Counted from the first letter of the stretch, positions 25,945-35,178 are shown. The stretch: 64,000 nucleotides of DNA from an uncultured bacterium (GCA_963700155.1 OY969472.1:936690-1000689); one strand, 5' to 3'. The notes: generated from the letters alone by a model not told the origin. Made by a program: numbers and translations.

Positions 25945-27444
25945 ATGTATAACAATTCATACTTCTTATATTGTCGAAAATCTAGTGAGGATAGTAGACA
26001 GGCTTTATCAATACCTGCTCAACTTAGAGAACTCAAAGAATTTGCAGTTAAAAATGATTTAAGAATCATTAAAACCTTTCAAGAAGAGAAATCAGCACGA
26101 ATACCTAACAAAAGAAAAGAATTTAATGAAATGCTTTATCAAATTAAACAAGGCAAGGCAACTAAAATTTTGTGTTGGCATACAAATAGGCTAAGTAGAA
26201 ACCCTCAGGAATCTGGTGTACTTCAGCAAATGATAACTGATGAAACTATTGAGGAGATAAGAACTCCATTTGAAACAATCACCAAAGACACAAATGATGT
26301 TATGCTCGGTGTGTCTTTCGGTGGCAATTCACAATACTCAAAAGAGTTAAGTTACAACACTAAACGTGGAATGAGAGAAAAAGCCTATCGTGGTGAATGG
26401 TTAACTGGTGCTCCACCCTTTTATATTAACTTTGGAGATAAAAAAGGTTCAAAGAATATAAAACCAGATCCAGAGACTTCAAAATTTTATCTCCCATGGA
26501 TTCGTAGAATTATAAAAGAACGTTTAACCACTCGAGAAGCAACAAGGGTACTTAGGGAACTTGGTGTTCGTGCAAAATCAAATAAATTCTACTCAAGCTC
26601 AATGGTGCAAAGATTATTAAGGAATCCAATGTATTATGGTCTTCTACAATATGGAGATATAGAGAAGATTGGAACTTGGGAACCATTAATTGATAAATGT
26701 ACTTGGGACGATCTTCAAATGGTATTAGACAATAGGACAAAACCATATTTCACAAAGCATAATCATGCATATAGTAAATTAATAAAATGTAGTGATTGTG
26801 GTGGCTTTTTGATCGGTGTTACTAAAACTAAGAAGAGCGGGAAATCTTATACTTATTATTCGGTTAATAAATCAAATCATCCTGAATGTAAATGTCTGCC
26901 AATCAAAGAAATGGATCTTGATGAACTTTTTTGTAATGACATTGAAAAGCTTGAGATGTCAGAAAGTCAGGCTGAAACTATTCGTGAATATACAATCAAA
27001 AGATTAGAAGGAGATAAAACAAGTAATTCATTTGTAAAAATACAATATGACAAAGAAATTGCCGAAGTAAATGAAAATTTAGATGGATTATTAAAATTAA
27101 GACTGGCTGAGGAAATAACAAAAGAAGATTACAAATTAAATAAATCTAAGAATGAAATGAGGCTCTCTGAGCTTGAAGAACTTATCAGAGATTTAAACTT
27201 AAATCGGAGTGAGTTCAGAAATGAGGTGGAACTAATTCTAGAAGATTGTCTGATCGTTAAAAAAGTATTTGAACATGGTAATAATGAAGAAAAACGAAGA
27301 ATTGTACTTCAAATTACACAAGATATTTCATTTGATGGAAATTCGATTCGGTGGAACTTCAAAAAGCCTTATCAGACAATGGTAAAATTCAAAAATGAAC
27401 CTAAAAGTGAAAACTGGGGTGGTCGGTGGGGCTCGAACATTTAG
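25945..27444 (+). CDS. large serine recombinase of unit C, reading into the tRNA 3' end
   Basis: YCRKSSE, NRLSRN, CSDC; last codons WGGRWGSN are antisense tRNA sequence. Confidence 0.95.
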   Translation: MYNNSYFLYCRKSSEDSRQALSIPAQLRELKEFAVKNDLRIIKTFQEEKSARIPNKRKEFNEMLYQIKQGKATKILCWHTNRLSRNPQESGVLQQMITDETIEEIRTPFETITKDTNDVMLGVSFGGNSQYSKELSYNTKRGMREKAYRGEWLTGAPPFYINFGDKKGSKNIKPDPETSKFYLPWIRRIIKERLTTREATRVLRELGVRAKSNKFYSSSMVQRLLRNPMYYGLLQYGDIEKIGTWEPLIDKCTWDDLQMVLDNRTKPYFTKHNHAYSKLIKCSDCGGFLIGVTKTKKSGKSYTYYSVNKSNHPECKCLPIKEMDLDELFCNDIEKLEMSESQAETIREYTIKRLEGDKTSNSFVKIQYDKEIAEVNENLDGLLKLRLAEEITKEDYKLNKSKNEMRLSELEELIRDLNLNRSEFRNEVELILEDCLIVKKVFEHGNNEEKRRIVLQITQDISFDGNSIRWNFKKPYQTMVKFKNEPKSENWGGRWGSNI

Positions 27445-27623
27445 AGATGGCATATCCTGTTAGGGGTGGACAGTGGGGCTCGAACCCACGACAACTCGCT
27501 CCACAGGCGAGCGCTCTACCAACTGAGCTATGTCCACCCCTAACAGGACATTAAGTACTAATAACTTTTATTCACGACAATCCCGATTAATCGGGACGCT
27601 CTACCAACTGAGCTACGACCACC
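27415..27623 (-). pseudogene. split outer tRNA-His relic (5' part 27573-27623, 3' part with CCA 27415-27438)
   Basis: G-1, acceptor stem GTGGTCG/CGACCAC-C-CCA, intact D arm; anticodon arm replaced by the palindrome TCCCGATTAATCGGGA; T stem interrupted by ~134 bp. Confidence 0.8.
27465..27538 (-). tRNA. tRNA-His (GUG), nested inside the split tRNA
   Basis: G-GTGGACA TAGCTCAGTTGGTAGAGC G CTCGC CT-GTG-GA GCGAG TTGTC GTGGG TTCGAGC CCCAC TGTCCAC-C; followed by CCT, not CCA. Confidence 0.9.
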
Positions 27624-27730
27624 ATCAATTTAGCTCTGTAATTATATCATCTAATATCCCCATAAATAAACCATTATAGGAGCTAAATAACTTACAAAAT
27701 GTTAGAATACATCATCATTATTAAACATTT

Positions 27731-28675
27731 ATGTTCAGAGATAAAGTAAAACTAAAATTTAAAGCAGGAAAAGGCGGAAATGGTATAGTCGCATATAATA
27801 AAGGTCGAATCCCGTATGGAGGTAGTGGTGGTGACGGAGGTGATGTTTATTTAGAAGGTTCTTCTAAGATATATGACTTGAGTTTTATTAATCAAGACTC
27901 AACCATTTCCGCCGAAGATGGGGCACCAGGTGGAATAAAAAATCTTCAAGGTAAAGATGGAAAAGATTTAATATTTAAATTGCCTTTAATAACACATGTC
28001 ATGGATTCCAATGGAAGATTAATCATGACATTAGATAAAGATGGTGAAAAAAAACTTTTGGAAAAAGGTGGCAAAGGAGGTCAAGGTAATTTTATGTTTA
28101 GACATGGTGTAGAGAATCATTCTAAGTCTACTCCTGGAATGTCCGGACAAGAATTAGATATTTCATTAAATCTGGAACTTTATAGTGATATTATTTTTAT
28201 TGGATTCCCTAATGCAGGCAAATCCTCTATCTTGAATGCCATTACTAACGCAAATTCAAAAGTTGCTTCTTATGCTTTTACGACTCTCGATCCTATTTTA
28301 GGGAGACTAAAAGGCATTACTTTGATGGATTTGCCAGGATTAATTGAAGGAACAAGCGAAGGTAAAGGACTTGGAACTAAGTTTGTTAAACATACAAAAG
28401 CTTCAAAGTTAGTGGCTCATGTAATTAGCTTAGAATCAGAAGATGTTAAGGTTGAATATACAAAAATGCGAGAAGAATTAAAAAGGATAGATCAATCTCT
28501 TTATGATAAGCCGGAAATAATAATTCTATCTAAATCAGATTTAGTTGATCCTGACAAAGTAAAGTCTTCAGTTAAAGCTTTAAAAAGTCTTAAAAAAGAA
28601 ACTCTTGTCTGCTCTGTGTATGATTATGACTCTTTAGAGCTTCTAAAAAAACTACTAGAAACACAGCTTTCCTAA
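27731..28675 (+). CDS. obgE: Obg family GTPase (short form)
   Basis: Gly-rich N-domain, GFPNAGKS, YAFTT, DLPG, SKSD. Confidence 0.95.
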   Translation: MFRDKVKLKFKAGKGGNGIVAYNKGRIPYGGSGGDGGDVYLEGSSKIYDLSFINQDSTISAEDGAPGGIKNLQGKDGKDLIFKLPLITHVMDSNGRLIMTLDKDGEKKLLEKGGKGGQGNFMFRHGVENHSKSTPGMSGQELDISLNLELYSDIIFIGFPNAGKSSILNAITNANSKVASYAFTTLDPILGRLKGITLMDLPGLIEGTSEGKGLGTKFVKHTKASKLVAHVISLESEDVKVEYTKMREELKRIDQSLYDKPEIIILSKSDLVDPDKVKSSVKALKSLKKETLVCSVYDYDSLELLKKLLETQLS

Positions 28676-28682
28676 TCTTTTT

Positions 28683-28710
28683 TGTAACAGTTTTTCAATC
28701 ACAACGTATA
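28683..28710 (+). promoter_or_regulatory. ECF sigma promoter TGTAAC-N16-CGTATA
   Basis: same boxes and spacing as the site upstream of the ECF sigma gene (32688-32715). Confidence 0.7.
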
Positions 28711-28750
28711 CATATTAGTAACAAACATTTTAGTTTTTATAATTTACAAG

Positions 28751-29452
28751 ATGAAAGTTCAATATGTCCTTATCGCATTAATTTTAATTATAGTTTTAAC
28801 TGGAAGTATTGGAACAGTAGCTGTTTCAGCTTCAACTGTTTCAAATCCTGGAGATTATTTGTATGGACTTGGTAAAACGATAGAGAATTTTCAAAGAAGT
28901 AATATTACTGATCCATTCCAAAAAGTACAGTTTGAAAACGAAATAATGAGAGAACGTCTTTCAGAATTAGATACTCTTCAACAATATAACAGCAACAATT
29001 TAAATTTAGGATTACAAGAAGTTGCAGGACAATATCAAAGATTGCAGCAATCAATAAAAGATTGTCCAAACTGTCAACCTGAACTTAAACAATCTTGTTT
29101 AGATTTAATTAAAACTTCAGCTTCAGCTACTGGTCAGATTATGAATCAAGCAAGGATAGGCAAAAATTCTGTCTTAGAAAATACTGCAATAGATCTTGAA
29201 ACAAAACTGCAAGATTACATAGCAACTGCTTTACCAAAAGCAAAAGTTCAACAAAAAAATCGTAATATTGAGCAACAAGCTGAAAATCAACAACCTACTG
29301 CAACTAACTATGTTCCTGCAGCTCCACAACCTATACAGCAAGTTCAGCAACCAGTTCAACAAGTTGTAAATGTACAACAAAGTTCAACTCAACCTCAGCC
29401 TAAGTATTATGAAGATGAATACTATGAAGCAGAAACAGAAAATAACGATTAA
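28751..29452 (+). CDS. DUF5667-like exported protein with CxxC; paralog of 31279-32184
   Basis: PGDYLYGL..IE, ENEIMRERLSELD, DCPNC. Confidence 0.7.
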   Translation: MKVQYVLIALILIIVLTGSIGTVAVSASTVSNPGDYLYGLGKTIENFQRSNITDPFQKVQFENEIMRERLSELDTLQQYNSNNLNLGLQEVAGQYQRLQQSIKDCPNCQPELKQSCLDLIKTSASATGQIMNQARIGKNSVLENTAIDLETKLQDYIATALPKAKVQQKNRNIEQQAENQQPTATNYVPAAPQPIQQVQQPVQQVVNVQQSSTQPQPKYYEDEYYEAETENND

Positions 29453-29532
29453 ATCCATATTCAATTCATATTGATTTCATTTAATCAAAATATAATCAAT
29501 TTTATTAATTAAAAATTGTTAGTTAGAAGTAT

Positions 29533-29928
29533 ATGAAACGAGAATCAGTAAAATTATCAATACCATTACTTATAGGAGGATTTATACTTGTAATCGCAAT
29601 GGGAGCCGGTGGAATAGCCTTGTCAGTTATTTCATCTGCTTTTGAAGGTAGAAATACATTTGCATCTACAGCCATTACATCTAACAATACCACAGACACA
29701 TCAGCACAAACCTCTGTTGTAAACCAAGATTCAACAACTAGTCCAGCCCCTAAAACTAATCAGAATAATACTTCACAGCCAGCTGTAACAACATCTCCAG
29801 TTGTGGCACAGCCGGCACCACAGCCAGCTCCTGCACCTGCACCACAACCTGCTCCTACACCGGCACCTACAATTGTAGGGACACCGATTATAACTTATCC
29901 TCCATCAAGAAGAAGTGGGGCATCATAA
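29533..29928 (+). CDS. membrane-anchored Pro/Thr-rich protein
   Basis: TM, PAPQ repeats, C-terminal SRRSGAS. Confidence 0.7.
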   Translation: MKRESVKLSIPLLIGGFILVIAMGAGGIALSVISSAFEGRNTFASTAITSNNTTDTSAQTSVVNQDSTTSPAPKTNQNNTSQPAVTTSPVVAQPAPQPAPAPAPQPAPTPAPTIVGTPIITYPPSRRSGAS

Positions 29929-29940
29929 AATTTAAACACT

Positions 29941-31266
29941 TTGAATATGAAAATTAGAAAAGATTACCTATTGTACTCGATAATAATAGCTTCTTTGCTT
30001 TTAGTTTTTATTCCTTCAACTAATTTTGTTCTTCAAGGAGGATTTACTTTACAAGATTCATTTTGGATTATCGGGTCAGTCACAGGATTGTTCGCGTTTG
30101 TATTATTCTTTTGGGAGTATGTTTTAAGTATAAGATCTGTTGTAAGTTATTTTACACAAGATGTTATCTCAGTCATAAATCTTCATAGATGGATTGGAAT
30201 TAATTCATTATTATTTATACTACTTCACCCTATAACTTTAATTTTAGATTCGATAATTAATCGAAATGAACTTTTAATAAAGATTATTCCTGTAAGTAAT
30301 TATGATGTTCAAGTTATTTATGGAGAAATAGTTTTTATTTTATTTTTTGTTATTTGGATTTCCAGCTATTTATCAAGAAAAAATCTTTCATTTAGATTTT
30401 GGAAGTTAGTGCATTATCTGACATATATTGTACTTCCCTTAACATTTATTCATGCTAATCAAATTGGTACTTTACTACAAAGTTCTTTTATAAGAGATTA
30501 CATAATATTCATGATGATTGTGTTTGTTCTTATTGTGATTTGGAGAGCTCTAGAATTTATTGGAGTTATGAGTGCTAAGTATACTATTAAATCTATCGAA
30601 TACGTAGGAAAAGATGTTATTCAGCTTGGCTTATCACCAATTGGAGATTATATAGAACCAAACAAAGGACAGTTTATCGATTTAAAACTTAGAAGATTTG
30701 GTGAAATTCATCCTTTCAGTGTTTTTTATTTTGACGAAGAGTCCAAAGATATATATCTAGCTATAAAAAAGGCTGGATCATTCACCTCAAGACTTGATAA
30801 TATGAAAATAGGTGATAGAGTTTTTGTTAAAGGTCCATATGGAATATTTACAAGAGAAGCTTATTTTCCTACTTCAAGAAAAGTTGTTTTGATTGCAGGG
30901 GGAATTGGAATAACTCCTTTTATAAGATTTATTGATCATATTAAAAAACATTACAGCAAATTTGATGAAGTTTATTTATTTTATGGGACAAAAACATTAG
31001 AAGAAATTTCATTTAGAAAGTATTTGGAATCACTTTCTCTTCCAAATTTAGAAGTAGTATTTTGTATGAGCAGAGAAAACGTAAAGTCTCCTTATGAAAA
31101 TGGGAGAATAAATATAAAGTTGATTAAGAAATATTTAAAGAATCAGTTATATAGATATCAGTATTTCATTTGTGGACCGCAACCGATGATGGATAGTGTA
31201 AACGCCGAACTCCTCTTTAATGGTGTAGACAATGATAATATCTACAAAGAGGAGTTCGGCTGGTAA
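29941..31266 (+). CDS. ferric-reductase-like TM domain fused to an FAD/NAD(P)H-binding FNR domain
   Basis: LHRWIG..LLH, VHYL..FIH (heme His), HPFS, GPYG, AGGIGITP, CGP, EEF. Confidence 0.9.
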   Translation: MNMKIRKDYLLYSIIIASLLLVFIPSTNFVLQGGFTLQDSFWIIGSVTGLFAFVLFFWEYVLSIRSVVSYFTQDVISVINLHRWIGINSLLFILLHPITLILDSIINRNELLIKIIPVSNYDVQVIYGEIVFILFFVIWISSYLSRKNLSFRFWKLVHYLTYIVLPLTFIHANQIGTLLQSSFIRDYIIFMMIVFVLIVIWRALEFIGVMSAKYTIKSIEYVGKDVIQLGLSPIGDYIEPNKGQFIDLKLRRFGEIHPFSVFYFDEESKDIYLAIKKAGSFTSRLDNMKIGDRVFVKGPYGIFTREAYFPTSRKVVLIAGGIGITPFIRFIDHIKKHYSKFDEVYLFYGTKTLEEISFRKYLESLSLPNLEVVFCMSRENVKSPYENGRINIKLIKKYLKNQLYRYQYFICGPQPMMDSVNAELLFNGVDNDNIYKEEFGW

Positions 31267-31278
31267 GTTTTTAAGAAT

Positions 31279-32184
31279 TTAATCTTCTTTATGCTCCTGA
31301 TCTTGTTCCTTTTGCTGTTCCTGCTCTTGAGTTTTCTTCTTTTCTTCTTGTTGTTGTTCAAGCTGCTGTTTCTGTTGCTCTTGTTGCTGTTCTAGTTGCT
31401 GCTTTTGTTGTTCCTGTTGCAATTCCAGTTGCTGTTTCTCAGATTCAGATAGATTATTCTGTTCTGCAGCATTTTTCTGTTGCTCCTGTTGTTGCTCTAA
31501 TTGTTGTTTTTGCTGCTCTTGTTCTAGTTCAAGATTTCTTTTTTGAATTTGAAGAACATGTTCTTGTGCCTTGTTTTCAAGGCTTAGTGCCTCACTTTCT
31601 AATTCTGAATCATTGTTTTCTTGTGCTCTTGTTCTAATTTGATTTGCAGTATTACCAACATAGTTTATTAAATCTTCACTCTCTTGTTCTAAATGAGGAT
31701 CACAGTTTGTACAATCCTGTAGTCTTGTTGTTAATCTATCTTGTTGTTCAGAAACTTCTTTTACACCAAGTGTTAAATTTGAACTATTATTTTGTTGAAG
31801 GTAATCTAATTCTGAAAGACGTTCTCTCATTACCTCATTTTCATAGCTTACTAATTGAATAGGATCATTAATATTGCTTCTTTCAATACTCTCAATTGAT
31901 TTGTCTAATCCAAATAAAGGATCACCTGCATTGGAATTCTTTGCTGCTTGAACTGTTATTGCTCCTAAACTACTTAGTATCACTAGTGCTGATATAATGG
32001 ATGCTAAAACTAATTTACCTTTCATAAAAATCTGACTTAAAAAATTAAATTGCTTTGGATTTTCATCCATAGCGTTCATCTTAGAAATTATTTGATTGCG
32101 AGTATTATTAACCCAGTGCGCATCTGGAGTAACATTGATACCCGTTAAGATGTCTTTTAGTTGTTTTTCATTAATTTGTTTCAT
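31279..32184 (-). CDS. putative anti-sigma factor, DUF5667-like domain with CxxC and Gln-rich tail
   Basis: overlaps the 3' end of the ECF sigma gene; single TM; DCTNC; QQKQQLEQQQE repeats. Confidence 0.7.
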   Translation of the reverse strand: MKQINEKQLKDILTGINVTPDAHWVNNTRNQIISKMNAMDENPKQFNFLSQIFMKGKLVLASIISALVILSSLGAITVQAAKNSNAGDPLFGLDKSIESIERSNINDPIQLVSYENEVMRERLSELDYLQQNNSSNLTLGVKEVSEQQDRLTTRLQDCTNCDPHLEQESEDLINYVGNTANQIRTRAQENNDSELESEALSLENKAQEHVLQIQKRNLELEQEQQKQQLEQQQEQQKNAAEQNNLSESEKQQLELQQEQQKQQLEQQQEQQKQQLEQQQEEKKKTQEQEQQKEQDQEHKED

Positions 32185-32665
32185 TTACTAATTTTTTTAA
32201 TTTATTTAAAGTTCGATGAATAAATACTCTTACTGCTATGTAATTTTTTTGAATTATATTCGCAATTTCTTTATCAGAAAATTCATAAACATATTTATAT
32301 ATAATAATTTCTTTTTCTTTTTCTTTTAATAATTCCATTTTCATTAAAATGAATTCAGTTAATTCTTTATTTTCTGGTTCTATCCCAATCTCTTCAATTT
32401 GATCAATATTATAAATTCTTTGTTTATTAATCCTGTAAAAATCAATAATCTGATTATGGGCAATTCTAAAGAGCCATGTTTTTATACTTGCTTTTTTATT
32501 ATCAAAATCTTTAAATTTCTTTAGTGCTTTATAAAAAACTTCTTGCGTTAAGTCTTCTGCTGTTTCCTTTACAAAACCGGTTCTTAAATATATGTATTTG
32601 TAAATCAACGCGTTATGTTTATTGAACACATCCAGAAAATTCAAATCTTCATTTTTTGGATTCAT
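32171..32665 (-). CDS. ECF sigma-70 factor
   Basis: AEDLTQEVF, TWLFRIAHN..IDFYR, region 4 EIA..HR. Confidence 0.95.
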   Translation of the reverse strand: MNPKNEDLNFLDVFNKHNALIYKYIYLRTGFVKETAEDLTQEVFYKALKKFKDFDNKKASIKTWLFRIAHNQIIDFYRINKQRIYNIDQIEEIGIEPENKELTEFILMKMELLKEKEKEIIIYKYVYEFSDKEIANIIQKNYIAVRVFIHRTLNKLKKLVNETN

Positions 32666-32687
32666 AAATTTTATTTATCTAACTATA

Positions 32688-32715
32688 TATACGTATTTAC
32701 AATATAAATGTTACA
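32688..32715 (-). promoter_or_regulatory. ECF autoregulatory promoter TGTAAC-N16-CGTATA
   Basis: minus strand reads TGTAACATTTATATTGTAAATACGTATA. Confidence 0.7.
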
Positions 32716-32748
32716 GGAATATTAAAATTTTCTAAAGAAGTAAATATG

Positions 32749-34215
32749 TTATTGTAGTTTTTCTAGAGAATCATCTGGAAGCTGTCGGTAATACCCTGCA
32801 CCATCTGGACCTGTAGAGCTCCAAGAATTGAGGGGTACATCATATTTATCTCCAGTGCTTGGAGATTCGACAGTTTCAAAGCCAAGCATTGCATCTTCCC
32901 AATACTGACTGGATTCATCACTAACAGAATCAGCATAGCTGGTATCTGATGTTATTGAAGTTCCGGAACTTTCAAGGGGTCTGTTTGGTGGTAATAAAGT
33001 ATTACTTCTGGTAGCACCGATGTTTGTTATCTGTACTGAATCTTGCATAATTTGTAAAGTACTTTTAGCGCCATCCCATTCTGAAGGAGTTGCAACTTCA
33101 ATACCCCAGAATGCTGATGAATAATGAGGACCTATCCCAACATAAGGAGTATTATAAATTCCAACTGTTACTTTACCTTTGACATCAATATACCCATTTA
33201 ATAACCCAGTGAAGTCAAACTCTTGAATATCTTGGCCATCAATGGGAGATGTTATATTTTTTGCACTTCCTAGACTAAGATTTTGAATTTTAGCGAATTC
33301 TGGGAGAGCTTTTTCAGCCCATGACTTTGGAGTGTAACTTCCATTCATTCCAGTAACATAAGCATAACTGAACCCAGCGTTTCCATCTGATCTAGTTAAA
33401 TCTATTCCACTGTCAGTTTCAGCATTAACAGTAAAGTTTGAAGGTTTAGACAATTTAAAATATTTCCCATTATAAACTTCGAACCCTGTTGCTGTTTTCT
33501 CTGAAGTAACACCTGTACTGGATTTTGTTTCTGCAGCTTTTAGTACTTCAGGTGTTAGAATTTTAGTTCTACCAAAACAATCTACAATTTGTGTCAAAGT
33601 TGTTTCTTTTTTAGAATAGTCTGCGACAGGAGCCCAGTAAGATTTTAGGATTACGAATCCTTCACTCTTTTCTACTTTCATAACCCCTTTCATAGAGTCA
33701 CTACCGATTGTCGCAGATATATCCCCAGATGCAGTTGTATCATCTGAAATAATATTTTCTATATTAAATGTACCTTTCACATCAGTTATGGTTTTGTTAA
33801 ATATTGTACTAAATTTATCCAAAAAATCTTTAGGACTTAGATCCTGTTCCAATTTAGCAGTATAAAGAAATGCTGCTGTTGTATTGCTTGAATCCTGCAT
33901 TATTGAGACTGTCCCATTATCTACTTCATAAATCCAGCCGTTTGGAACTCCGATCGAAAATGCACTTGCATCAAAATTTACAACTGGTAACGTGCATGTA
34001 GGATTATCATTTTTTACAGTAGTATCTACTACTCGTGATTGAGATGAATTTTGGGAAGTATTCAATATACTTGAACCAGTATTAAGCAATGCATAAGCAA
34101 CGACTAAAAATATGACACAGAGTAAAAGTATAACGATAATTGCAGCTATTTTAAAAAAAGGCTTATGCCATAGTGACTTTAAATTAACACCAGAAGTGTT
34201 GTTTTCTTTTTCCAA
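32749..34215 (-). CDS. membrane-anchored hypothetical protein
   Basis: N-terminal TM; two similar-sized beta-rich domains. Confidence 0.75.
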   Translation of the reverse strand: MEKENNTSGVNLKSLWHKPFFKIAAIIVILLLCVIFLVVAYALLNTGSSILNTSQNSSQSRVVDTTVKNDNPTCTLPVVNFDASAFSIGVPNGWIYEVDNGTVSIMQDSSNTTAAFLYTAKLEQDLSPKDFLDKFSTIFNKTITDVKGTFNIENIISDDTTASGDISATIGSDSMKGVMKVEKSEGFVILKSYWAPVADYSKKETTLTQIVDCFGRTKILTPEVLKAAETKSSTGVTSEKTATGFEVYNGKYFKLSKPSNFTVNAETDSGIDLTRSDGNAGFSYAYVTGMNGSYTPKSWAEKALPEFAKIQNLSLGSAKNITSPIDGQDIQEFDFTGLLNGYIDVKGKVTVGIYNTPYVGIGPHYSSAFWGIEVATPSEWDGAKSTLQIMQDSVQITNIGATRSNTLLPPNRPLESSGTSITSDTSYADSVSDESSQYWEDAMLGFETVESPSTGDKYDVPLNSWSSTGPDGAGYYRQLPDDSLEKLQ

Positions 34216-34333
34216 TCTTGGTTCTTGAAATTTATTAACTATTTATTCTATTCTTTTCATTTGCTGAATTCAATAATTTTTTAAGTTTGTAAAATTATGT
34301 ATACTTCTAATAATTAATTTTATTTTTTTAATT

Positions 34334-34774
34334 ATGAATACATTAATTTATTTTATTTTTATTATTATTGCGGCTTTATTTTTAGCTCTTGCCGAAATTC
34401 AGATTGAAGGTGAATTTGGTTGGGCAAAAAAACTACCAACATGGAGAAAAAAAATTGCGTTTGGACCAATAAAATTTGAATTGACTGGATATCATCTTTT
34501 CTTTTTTAGCTTTATTATTTTTATTCTTCATTTTAGATTCGCTTTTCAGGTATGGACATTAAAAGATGAATTATATACTTTGGCAGCCTATCTTTTTATT
34601 GTGATTTTGGAGGACTTTTTCTGGTTTGTATTCAATCCGCACTATGGGTTAAAGAAATATAATAAAAAATATGTTTATTGGTTTAAAAGCTGGTTTTTAG
34701 GATTTCCCTCATTTTATTTTATGGTTCTTCCAATTGGGATTATTCTTTTGCTTGTAGCACAAGGCATTTCGTAA
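34334..34774 (+). CDS. small membrane protein; paralog of 46502-46963
   Basis: EIQIEG..GWA.KLPTWR, TGYH, EDF.WF..NP.YG shared. Confidence 0.8.
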   Translation: MNTLIYFIFIIIAALFLALAEIQIEGEFGWAKKLPTWRKKIAFGPIKFELTGYHLFFFSFIIFILHFRFAFQVWTLKDELYTLAAYLFIVILEDFFWFVFNPHYGLKKYNKKYVYWFKSWFLGFPSFYFMVLPIGIILLLVAQGIS

Positions 34775-34783
34775 TGCTATAAT

Positions 34784-35104
34784 TTGTCGTTGCTAAATGG
34801 AGGCGAAATAATGTTCTTTAAATCGTTGTTTGCAGGAGTGGGAAATTTCCTGCACGAGCTGTTAGACCTCCTTGATACTCCTGTAGAGGAGTTAGAGGAT
34901 ATGCATGTGTCTTTGGGTCAGTTTGTTCCAGAGATACATACAGATATCAACGGAAAGGAGCTTCCGCTTGGGGTAACCCGAGGGATGCTCATCGATGGCA
35001 TTTGGAACGGTCATGGTCATGACTGTCCATGTCACGATTGCTTTATCAAATATCGTTTTGAAGGTAATTGGCTCGTCGGTGTTAAGGATCATCGCTCCCT
35101 ATAG
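34784..35104 (+). CDS. small hypothetical protein with HDCPCHDC (start probably ATG 34811)
   Basis: GGAGG before the ATG; extended -10 TGCTATAAT; higher GC than flanks. Confidence 0.55.
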   Translation: MSLLNGGEIMFFKSLFAGVGNFLHELLDLLDTPVEELEDMHVSLGQFVPEIHTDINGKELPLGVTRGMLIDGIWNGHGHDCPCHDCFIKYRFEGNWLVGVKDHRSL

Positions 35105-35178
35105 CATTGCGGGGCGCTCCATCTGTTAAGATCTATTATTTAGTCTTTGCAGAAAAACGGAGGCCCTGCAAAGACCAT

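Larger units (their letters stand above)
19486..27414. mobile_element. unit C: ~7.9 kb phage-satellite-like element
   Basis: bounded by TGGGGTGG at 19486 and 27415; carries TerS-like, CHC2 Zn-finger, AAA helicase and serine recombinase genes. Confidence 0.75.
2597..27420. mobile_element. tandem array of three integrated elements at the tRNA-His 3' end
   Basis: TGGGGT-N6-TGG at 2597, 4427, 19486 and 27415; the last copy is the CCA end of a tRNA-His; two large serine recombinase genes read through the motif. Confidence 0.8.

Noticed and set aside
29800-31530. PAPQ and QQKQQLEQQQE nucleotide repeats
   Set aside because: They are low-complexity coding repeats inside proteins, not independent elements.
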